This document shows, piece by piece, positions 1-10,828 of a stretch of DNA of 64,000 nucleotides. Both the position numbers and the translations under genes were made by a program. The stretch comes from Klebsormidium nitens (taxonomy: Eukaryota; Plantae; Klebsormidiophyceae), in the NCBI GenBank assembly GCA_000708835.1, contig DF237046.1, positions 132,079-196,078 of the forward strand, read 5' to 3'. The notes under the pieces are model-generated. The model was not told the origin of the DNA. It ran no database searches and saw only the letters and a list, made by a program, of their open reading frames with translations. Numbering within the stretch: position 1 is the stretch's first letter; every line of letters starts with the position of its first letter.

Positions 1-2176
1 GTAACAGAACATTTCGTAGGTCACCGCAAAAGGTTGGATTACGCCGCAATCTCACCGGCCCTCTGTGTCGTACACCCCCGAGTCTCCGCCGTGCTTGAAG
101 CGGTGGATGTTTTTGATCTTGATGCCCCACAACGGGTCAGGAAGCCAACCCTGCAATACGAACGAAGAAAAGTCCTTTGATCCACCTGCTGATGGCCTCA
201 AAAGGCGGAAAAAGTGCTTCAACGAGATACTGAGCGCAGATAGGCGTGTTTGTCCGACTGCAACTACGAGGTTCTCCCTGATGAGGTCGTCCGACCAGAT
301 TTACAAAAAGCGGCTGCAGAGTATGTCACTTCTGTTGAATTTTCGGCAGGGCAAGCTTACGTCCTGAGTTGGGTAGCTCTGGGCTCCATTGATGAGGATG
401 GGCGCCAGCAGCGAGAAAAACAGGTTGACACCGAGGGCGCGAAAGCCTGCAGCACGGGACCCGGCAATCGCATGTTCGATATCTACGAAGTTTGGAGACT
501 CCAAGTAACTGCGCTTTCCAGAACACTGCCAGGTCAGCTCAGCGGGACTTACACTTCGAGCTTCGGAAGCCAAGGATAAACAATCAAGAAGACGGCTCCG
601 ACCAAGCAATGGCCCCATGCCATGAGCTCCAACCGTGACTTATATCGTGGATTGTGCTACTTGCGACCTTGATAATCGGTTCAACCTTCATTACATGTAC
701 GTCACTTCTGAGTCACCAAGTCACCAAACTTCTTACGGGGTAGGCGAAGCTTTACTCAAAATACAAGAACGATCGAAGCAAGTGTAATAGCCTCCAAGGA
801 GAGCGTCTTTAGATAAATATTTCAGCTGCTGTAGAAGGCCTTCAGAAGATAAAACCGATCCGGCATACTAAGCATTGCAGACCGTATTACCTGCAAACGT
901 CTCCCACGGCATAATGACCCCATCCTTGTTCCTGAAAGCAAACATATTCGCGGCTTCAGTGAGTAAGAAAAAGCAAGATAAGTTGAAATTTGCATCTGAA
1001 GCTCGATCAAGCCAGAGGCACTTCAACGCTTCCAAGTCCAGCTCACAAACAACACCTTGACCGTTGAAGGCTCATGAACAGACACACGTCCAAGCAAACA
1101 GGCAAATTCGAATATATCTGACTACTGAAGCGGTCGCAGCACCTGTCAAAGAACTCGACGTGCTGCTGCATCACGCTAAGCCCCTTGGGGTCGTAGTAGT
1201 CAGTGGAACCATGAGGCTGCTCGCGGCTGGCCGCTATTTGGGCTTGGGGCGCACCTGTACCACAGAAGTCGGTATTGAGTCGGAACTGCACACATTTCTG
1301 TGATGGCAGACGTTCAAAGAGGGCACACAGGATGCAAATGCAGGGAAGCTGGTGTTGAAAGAATGTGTAAGTGTTTACAGTCACAAATGCAAGGAGCAGC
1401 ATGTGATCAGTGACTTGGAACTAGCTATGGACCATGGAGAAGGCGGGCAATAAAGTGAGCCAGCAGCTGAAAAAGCCATTCGACTGCCTCAGAACCACTT
1501 TTTGGGTAGTTGAGATTTTGAAACGGTACACTAAGAGGAAGAAGGAGGCAATGAAGCGCCTTGCATTGTCTTATGGGAGCTGACTAGCAGATCAGCAAGT
1601 CCTCTTGACACGTTACAAAAACATTGGGAAGTCGGTTGTGAGCATCGATTCCAAAAGTAACGCTTCAACAGATGTACCCCCTTGCAATCAATCACCGTTC
1701 CTGTTTGCCTCCGATACTGGCAACCTAATAGCCTCAGATCCCCGCATCCAGCCAGCAGAACCACTTTGAGATGGGTGCCACAAGACTAGGGGGTTGATGC
1801 CATTTTTGACTCATCGATAACCATACTCAATGGATCGAGCTGTCATTTATCCACCAGGTGAAGTGGTGGGCCAAAAAAGCACATCAAGCTGCTCACATAA
1901 GCCCTGCATGTAACACCATTTGCCATGTGGAAACTGCGCAAAATTTTAGCCTGTAATCATGGATTTTTCCAGTCCAGCTCAGCTGCCGGGTTACTAATTA
2001 AGCTCAGACATGAATCAATGGCATTGCCGCCCCCGCTGCCACGGGTCTTTCGAGCTTGGCACCGTACCTGGATTCCCCTCGAGCTGGGCCTCCAAACGCT
2101 TTGGAGCTGGGCGACGCGTCGTCACTGGGGCCCCAGGCGCGACGTCCGTGTGCATAATCTCTGCATCAGGGGCCAT
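1..2176 (-). CDS. Caleosin / peroxygenase (lipid-droplet EF-hand heme protein); 3' end continues beyond the window
   Basis: Exons joined by GT-AG: 2176-2068 [37 protein letters not shown]; ~1254-1143 ...[29 protein letters not shown]; ~932-891 [13 protein letters not shown] (EF-hand); ~448-359 [29 protein letters not shown]; ~152-58 [32 protein letters not shown]. These match the caleosin QQHVxFFD, proline-knot and KHGSDSGxYDxEGR motifs. Confidence 0.93.
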
Positions 2177-3885
2177 ATTGCGTGCCTGTGGCCTAACTTT
2201 ACCGCTTCCGCCCGGGACTCACAAGCTGCGCTGAAAAGGAACTCCGAAGTGCACAGGGATATACGGTAGCTCGTTTGCACACGAGCGTTTGACAACAAGG
2301 ATCTACAAGTACCTACTTGCAGCTACGCATCCCCATCAATTCCAAAGATCGAATGCTGCCCATACGCCACTGTCTGGAGTACATGCATAATGTTTGCGTA
2401 TACTTTCACGTTAGAAGAGAAAAAGGAGCTGCGACATTGTCGAACTGCAATGCACAGATCGATGCATCATTGGAATTGCGTAGTCCTATCATCTATGCAC
2501 ATTTCGCCGGGCGATATCAGTGCATTGCTAGCTTGCAGCTCTCGATCAATCCAAGAGCGCCACGTGGAGGCTGGCGTCGCTCTTTACATGCTGGCCATGT
2601 GGCACAGCAGATTGCGAGGTCGAGTTACTGTCAACTGATTGAGCCGAACCGTAGATTTGCAGATGTGTGCAACTTCGACCGTCCGATGCGAGGCCTGCCA
2701 GTCCCAGTCCCAGTCCTACGTGCAGGCTCAGCTAGCACTGACAGCGCGCTGCTCGACTGAAAGCGAGCCGGTCTAAATCTTACTACAGCTTGACAATGAC
2801 CGCTTTCAAGAACATAATTGTGTGTGCCATGAGAAGCGGGGGAGAAGCGTATCGACAACCGCCGGCTGCATTGGATGGGTAAGGCGCTCTCATACTACCC
2901 TATTGTTTTTGGAGATCTTGGCGCTCTCTTACGTGTTTTCAAATGCCGTAGCCACATCGGCCATGGGCTTCATGACCCACACAAGGAAATCATTCGTCGA
3001 CTTTATGATCGGTTCTATGGACATCTCTTTACGAAATAAATGACTGGGCAACTATTTAACAGTGTTGCTCAAGCGGGCACTCCGGTGCATATGGCAAATT
3101 TCGATCAAAAGACGCTCAACGTACGCTTTTCAAGGCCCTGCACTTCGAAGCCCGCATGTGACTAGGACGGATTCACAACACAAATCGTGTAAGTTCTTAG
3201 ATCCTAGGATCTGCATATACATTTTCGGCGTTCTTCTCCATCTCAGCATTGAACGAAGTCCTCAGTAGAGAGCTGTCTATTACCGCCGCCTGCCGACGGC
3301 AATGGTCAATTGCATCTTACTTTTGCGACAGGATCCGAGAAGGTCGGAATTAAATACACAAATTCAAAGTGGGCAGCCCGCTCTGACTTAAACTCGTTTT
3401 CAGACAGGATGGTCTTAAGAGCTTGACAAATGTGGATCGTAAGCAGGAGCTGCATGATGAACTCGAATAGATGCATGATGATCTGATGAGCTCGACAAAA
3501 GAGACAACCAACCGTGGTAGTTGACAGTTGTAGGGGAAGAAGCTTTGTCGGACTTGAGACAATCATGATCTGAACAAATCGTAAGCATGCCACTGGCGCA
3601 CAATCCTGTCTCCATAACCTGCGGCAAGAATGTTCCTAACGTCTTTACCAATATTTCGACAAGTGACCAGTTATTCTCTGTATGATACAGCTACGTCATT
3701 CTGACCTTCCAGCAAAAATCGACAACTATCTTGTCCAGGCCATACCTAGGATCGAATCGGCTGTACTCCGTAACAGGGGAGTGGCTGTGAATTCTGAGTG
3801 GCGGCTGCCAGCTCACAACATGCACTGGCGTCAGCGCACACGAATCATCCTACAAATTCTGTAGAGGCGGATTTACCGCGTTTGC

Positions 3886-6800
3886 TTATAGCGCCGCCCC
3901 CGTGATGGACGCCTCCGTCTTGTCTAGCTTCCGCACCTTGAGGTTCCCGATGACGACTTGCAGCGCGAGGAAGGCGCTCAGCGTAAAGGCAGCGGTGGCA
4001 GCAGGATTGAGCGCGCGCGCCGTCGAGTAGAGGACAGTGCCCACGTTGAGAAGCGTGCCCGCCAAGATGGCCTGCAAGGGGGAATGGATCAGAGCGTCAG
4101 CACCAAAAGTCAATGACTTCTTCGCACCGTTGACACGAAAGGTCGGACTCTTGCAAAGAAACGGCGACCGACCAGCGGGCAAAAAAGTGTCTATAAAGGT
4201 CAGCACGAGACCTTTGCTTAAGCAGGTCCTCTGCGCAATGCTCCGCCAATCTTCTGACCAATAGATGGCTTATCCCGAGCCGGAATGCAGAAGCTACCAG
4301 CATCGCTCGCCGTCCTTCTGACCAAACCGATTCCACGTGTCCTCTTGCGTCGCCTGCTCTTGCTGCGCCTCACCTTGCCGATGTTGCTCTGCACCTGCGC
4401 GACCCGCTTGAAGGCGCGCTCCGACTCGAGCGTGCGCACGCGCAGCTTGAGGTCCCCCTGCTCGAGCGCGGTGACGACCTTCTCCAGCTTGGCCACGCGG
4501 TCCGGGCCGCGGAACAAGTTCGCAAACGCCGACGCCTGCCGGTCCCACCGCCGTTGCAGGTCCTGGCGCAGCGAACAAAGGACGAGCGGTCAGAGGAGAG
4601 GCACGATGGAGAGAAGAACCAAAGTCATACAAAGAAAAGCTCATCGGAGTTGTAGGAATTAAGCCAGAGAGATGACCAAGAAAACATGAAGAATATCAAG
4701 ACCGCTCGTTCTCAAATGTAAGCAGAAAGCTCCTCCTGGTGCATGCTTGTCCCCCACCTCACTGACGAGCGCTCGTTATGCTGAAAAGGACGGCACCAGC
4801 TTGTGCAGCGCCAACGCAAAGTGGGTTGTGGGTCGCCCCTTACCCGAACGAAGATCTGCGCGCCCGCCTCCTTCAGATTCAGCAGCTCCTGCGCGTACGG
4901 CTTCGCGATCTCCGAGATGTCGAAGCGGGGGTCCAGGCCCTTGCCGATGCCGTCCAGGACTGGCAGGACAAGCAACGAAACCGACGGTCAGGCGGGAACA
5001 AGACCAAAATGAAAGGAGCTCGAGGAGAATGCCACACGTCTTTCCATCGCAGCACGTTGCGACAAGAGCACGGCAGTCCCACTTGGCGGCAGCTTTCACA
5101 CTCGACACCCAACCGTCGTCTACTGAGCATCCGTTGACATGCAGCCGACCGAACGAACTATCAAATCCAACGATCGTCGGCCCGTGCTTTCGCACTAAAA
5201 CCTTTTTGAGTCCGTGCATGGTGGGCTCACTGGAGAAGGCCCTGACGACGAAGGTGAAGGTGGCCGGGAAGCGGAAGGGCTGGTCCGCAGACAGCGCGAG
5301 CAAGTCCTCCCCAATGGCCGCCAATCGCTGCGACCGCTTGGTTGTTTTTTCCTCTTTGCTCAGCTGTTTCTTGAACCATAGCCGCCGCGCCTCCTTCTCA
5401 GCGGCCTCCTTCTCTGCGCGCTGCGATTTTAGCCGCTCCTCGAAACTGCACGAGCATCACAAAGCGGCATCAGTCTCTCGGCCAGATTGTCCGTCGAAGT
5501 CTCCGACGACAAACGTCCAAGAGGTTAGATGAACGGCCAGTGCTCTCAGTGTGCAGAAAGAAGGTAGCAACTGACAGGGTTCTGAGATGAAGCCACTCAT
5601 TCTTTAACAAAGTGACGCAGTCCAAGCGCTCAGCAATCCAGAGCGTCGCCGGGACCGTTCTCGCTCCTCCATTTACCGCTCAACAGGATGATGGCTCCAC
5701 AACGAATCGGCCACAGCCAGACAGGACGTACAGAAACATTGTTAGCCATCCGCCAGCCAGTTAGCAAAACTTCTAACCTTTTTAACCTAGTGCTCAACGG
5801 CCTTGTCCAAATCCAAGAGAATATCGAAGTGGAGACCAAGCCTGTGTCTGAGCCGCCCACCTGTTGAGGAAGAACTGCGCGGTTCTGCGCACGGCGATCA
5901 TGTCTCCCGTGGGTACCAGCACGCCCATCTGCACCATCGCGTCCAGCACCTGCACAGGGAGCGCCACGTGTCAGCCGCTAGCAGGATGTGGATGGAGCGC
6001 CTCCATAGAACGCGACGGCGGATCCAAAAACCGAAGGTTGAAATCCACGGTTGCATGCCAGCAAGAGGAAGCGGAGGTTAGGGCAGCGATTTAAAAAGGC
6101 ACGGAACCCTTTCCCTCTATTTTGATAAGCAGAAACGCCCCTGGTCGCTCTCTACAGGATTTGTAAGGTTTGTTTGACTTACTGAGACTGATCAAGCGTT
6201 TTGAAACAGATTTCGTGCGGAACACTGACATTGACAAAACATGACAAAACATTACCGTACAAGTCTTTCAATCCATTACAGCTACAAAGTTTGACGCCCA
6301 AGAATTTGCATGCAAGGGCCAATCATGCATTGCGGCAGCCCGCAGAGGCACCGCTCACCTTGTCTGCACTCTTTTGGTAGACGCCGTAGAAGGCGTCCAC
6401 GAGGCCCTCCCGGATGTTGCTGCTGATGCTGCCCATCATGCCAAAATCGTAAAAGATGAGGCGCCCGCCCCCCTGCGCGTCCACCGCAATATTCCCAGGG
6501 TGGGGGTCCGCATGGAAGAAGCCGTGCTTCAGGATCTGCTGCAGGTACGCCTCCACGCTGAGCCGCGCGAGCCGCTTGCGGTCGATGCCCACCTCGTCGA
6601 TTGCCGCAATGTTGTTGATCTTGATGCCGGGGCAGTACTCCATTGTCAGAACCTGCAGCAAACAGGTCCATGCTTGAGACTACTCTGGGCTGATACGAGT
6701 GGAACCACTCCCAATAAGGAAACTTTGAATCATTGGGGTTGAATCACGTCCTTCTCCAAAAACCTTTTGTATCGCCATGGCTCAGTCGGCGAGCAGCAAA

Positions 6801-9800
6801 AGCTACACGAGTATACTCAGCGGCTTTTCCGTGCTTACCTGGGGCGTGGTGTACTCCCAGTAGATCTTGGGCACCTTCACCCAGTCGAACTCCGCAAAGT
6901 TCTTGCCAAAGCGTTCTGCGTTGCGGCCCTCATTGCTGTAGTCAATCTCCTGGAAGCCCATAGAAGACCTGTCAGTTCTTGAAATAAAGCCACACCTGAT
7001 GACGGCCAATGAAAGGCCCTCATACCCAGCAGGAGCTGTAGGCCACTGGGCTTTGCCCATAGCGCATGCCATCGACCCCTACGCAAGCCAAAGATGATCA
7101 AATTGACCTTCGTAATGCGCAGTGGCCATTTAAACAATGACAATTACAGCCACCATGCTTTTGCTGCCAGCATGGGGCTGGTGCGCACCTGGTACAGCAG
7201 GTTGGCGCACTCATCGTAGATGGCCACCCAATCACGCTTGGCGCCGTCCGACTTGGGGTCGATCTTCTGCAGGTTTTGCGCAAGCACCTGCAGCCAAGAC
7301 CCAGCTTAATATCAGCCCCAGGGCCCAGGTGTTGCCAGACAAGCTGTTGAAACGGCTTGCTTGTCCTCCTGATACCCTCTTCAAGACACCACTCTCTTCC
7401 AATTGTGCGCCCCTGCGACACTTAAATGCAACAAAGCCATCACCCAGCCACATGTGTCAGGCCTCTGCCTTTCACCAGCCACAAGAATCGACACACAGTG
7501 ACTTGAGCAGAAAGCGGCCATCATGCGGCGAATAGAACATATCCGTAGGGGACAATGCCTGGCGGTAGTCCTTCAACACACTTTCCCAAAGCCACATCTC
7601 CCTGGGCCTCCAGCATTAACCCTTTGACAGGATAATGCTCGCACTGACAACGCAAAGCTCTCCACCAAGCTTCCTGACGTGCAGCGCATCACAATCTGAT
7701 GGGGGTGCCACTAACTTTCACACCCAACAGCACTCCTTCCCCCAAAAACATTCCTTTCCCCAATATGAGCTCACCCGCAGGTTCTTGAGATCGATGTCAA
7801 ACAGCGCCTTGAGCCCTGGCCGCTGCACCTTGACCACAACCTCGCGGCCGCTGATGCGCGCGCGGTGTACCTGCCCCAGCGACGCTGCCGCAATGGGGAC
7901 GGGGTCAAAGCGCTCAAACAGCTGGGTCACTGGCGCGCCCAGCTCTGCCTCCACAATTGCCACCGACGTTTCACTGTCAAACGCAGGGACTTGGTCCTGC
8001 AGGGAGGCGTGTGGGGCCATGCTTAGCGAACGCGGTGGGGCGAGACAAAATATGGGCGGTAGAAACGGCAGGGGCAACTGGATCCTCTATGAATGTGCCC
8101 TGCCTTCTACAATTGTTGCCCAACAATGAGCGGCGCTCATGTCAAGCACACTGTCGGGTCGCAAGCGCAGGCAATAAGGGCAACACACAAATTCTTGTTG
8201 ACACCGAATGGTGGAACAGCATGCTGGCGCTAACCTGCAACTGGGAGAGCTCGTCAATGTACTCCTGCGAGAGCACGTCCACCCTGGTACTGAACTGCTG
8301 CCCAATCTTGATGAACGTCGGGCCCAGCCGCAGCAAGCCCTCCTTGAGCCACAGCGCGAGCGCCTGCCGCCGCGACTTCTGCAAAGGGTTGTGGAAGATG
8401 GAATGAGACAGCTTTCTAAAGTGACAGGCTGCGCCGTTCAAGCGCTTGAACTTCTTGGCACCCTTATGCACTTTGAAGAGCCCAGAGTAAAGAATTGCGA
8501 GAGGTAACACACCCAACAATCACAGACTGGACTCCCTATTTTCACACACAGAAGTCTACAACCTGAAAATTAAAACCTGAATTCTAAAACATAAAACCTA
8601 AAACCGCAGCCTTTTTTTGTAGCCCTGCTGTAGGTGGCACCAGAAATATGCCTCAACTGGTGACTCCGACAAGCTGGCACTGGCATCCCTGCAGCCTCCA
8701 GCCTGACTGCCCCATGTGCCACCTGTCAGAGACCATCAGCCATTGCCAGTGAGCTTACCTGCTTCGCTTCCGTCATTCCCCCTCGGTACGACCGCTTCTG
8801 CTTGATCAACAAGAAGCGCACCACAAACGTGGCCACAAACGACCAGATCTCAAAGGTCCTCTGGATCGTCGAATAGGTCTTGAACTTGTTCCAGCGCCCG
8901 CCGGGAGTCACCGACACCTGAAGGGGCACAACAATAGGGAGTCAGACATGAAACTAAGAGCACTAATATAACATGATGGAGCTGCTTGAAATCAAGGCTT
9001 GGATAATCTTTCCTGCACAGAGCAAACTCACTGAAGAATGTTTTGAAGTATAGCCAACCAGCTGCAAACCGCCAGAGGCGGATCAGATACCGCAAATGCT
9101 GTGCGGTGATCCAGATGTTGCCACTCAGTTGCTCACTGACAAGAAGTCGACCCTCGCCAGTTAAGAACATACCTGCGGCTTTCTGGCTGCCTGGGGCCCC
9201 TCCTGGACCTCCAAAACTGGAGCAGCCGCAGGAGTCACAATGACCGGCTTGTCTACCTGTGCAGCCCCGTTCGCACTGGTCAGCACAGCCTCCACAGCTT
9301 GGACAGAGGTTTTGCCATTGACAGGGTTTGCCGCTACCTTGTTTGGTGATGCCAGGCTGGCCTTCTGTGAAACCTTCTGGATCACTGCTGCAAGCTCACT
9401 CCTCTCCCTCTCCACAGATGGATCCAACGGCTTCCCGTTCGCGCTCGGCCTCTCAAGCGCCTGAGCCTGGAGCTGCTTCTCCAACGAAGCAATGAGCTCG
9501 GGCGTCACGCTCGCCTCGTTAACCGCTCCGTTCTCGCTCTCTCCTCTGCCCCCACCTTCCACTATCAACTGAGCACGGGGCGCAGCATACCGGCTTCTTT
9601 TGAAGCCAGCCCCACTCGCAGCAGCCGGCACCAGAGTGCGCCCCGAGAGGAAACCTTTCTCTGACAGGTTGGGGCGCACCAAAGCTAGCTTTACTCTGGG
9701 GGGCAACAAAGGGCATGCCGCTGACGACGCCCGCACATGCCGCTGCGATACTGCCTGGCTGCAGAGGCCCGTGCAGGACGGGCCCGACAGTCGCGCAGCG

Positions 9801-9814
9801 TTGGCAGCCGCCAT
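3886..9814 (-). CDS. ABC1K8: Chloroplast ABC1/UbiB atypical kinase, ABC1K8 (OSA1) type
   Basis: About 11 exons giving a transit-peptide-like N-terminus (MAAANAARLSG...), then WNKFKTYSTIQRTFEIW, LRLGPTFIKIGQQFSTRVD, PIAAASLGQVHRA..VVVKVQRPGLKALFDIDLKNLR, KSDGAKRDWVAIYDECA, GFFHADPHPGNIAVD..RLIFYDFGMMG, DQPFRFPATFTFVVRAFS, and C-terminal hydrophobic helices ending ITGAAL*. Confidence 0.95.
8566..8606. repeat. Degenerate telomere-like (TAAAACC)n tract in an ABC1K8 intron
   Basis: aattaaaacctgaattctaaaacataaaacctaaaaccg contains four imperfect TAAAAC(C) units; the reverse complement is TTTTAGG-like. Confidence 0.4.
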
Positions 9815-10828
9815 GACCAAGACGCCTATTTCCGCAGCCGGTCAAGTAGAAGCGAGACCCACCCCCCTGTTCAACGGGACGCCCTGCCCTTGCACTGCTG
9901 ATCAAGCGAAAGGAGAGATCCGTCGACTTTCCGTTCGAGAACAGACGCTGAACCAGTGCCACAACCACTGCAAGGTCATGCACGGAGCCTGGACAAGTTC
10001 GTAGCCCCACGCTTGTGTGCTGTCCCTTGCTGATGTCACTGCAAATCTCTTGGTCGAACCTTCGCACCTTGCTGGCCAATACAAACCAAGATATCGATAC
10101 GAACTGTGTGATCCAAAATGTCAAATTGTCCACGTGGTCGCTGACATGGCGTTCACTTTAGGGGGATCGGGATGCACTTTTTGAAGCACCGGGAAAAATA
10201 TCGTGCCAAAATCTACCCATGGGCGCGAACATGACACACAAGATCTCGATCGGCTCTGATCCTCCGAGTCTCAGTCACCCCGCTTTCACCTAGCAAAGCA
10301 CTTCCCAAGCAATGCATCCTCACGCACGACTTCGAAACTCTGTTTCGGGTCAATGGCCGGCCAATAGACAGACTCTTGCTACTTCTTTCCTTTGTCTTGT
10401 TGGAGCATTAAATTCTCCGCTTGAGAGTTTGCTTGATGGTCGACTTATGGCATCAAACTGATAATGTTTGAATCCAAGATTCATACGCAACTGAGTAGAC
10501 AAGTGTCCTTTTTCACAAGACCGTCAGCCCGTTCGAGTAATCACCGACGCTATGGGATAAGGGTATTGCTGCTGCGAGTAGGAGGCATATGCAGGTATCA
10601 CATGATTGGAAAAGCCACCATAGTTTCAACATATTTCAACAAGCTGCCCTTGTCGAGATCTCAAATGGAGTCCTTAAAGCTGGTCCGACAACAGGCTGCA
10701 AGCACTGGAAAAGCAACGGGTCATCTAAAAGTTACACCTGCTCGCTTGGATACCTCGTGTCCATCAAAGCTTGCTACCGTGCTTCGTGTTCAACAGCAGA
10801 TTAGACAGAACGGCTACTGATAGTGGGC

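Noticed and set aside
2317-3864. ORFs of 60-147 aa between caleosin and ABC1K8
   Set aside because: No recognisable motifs, coding-like composition or consistent splice pattern; treated as intergenic or UTR.
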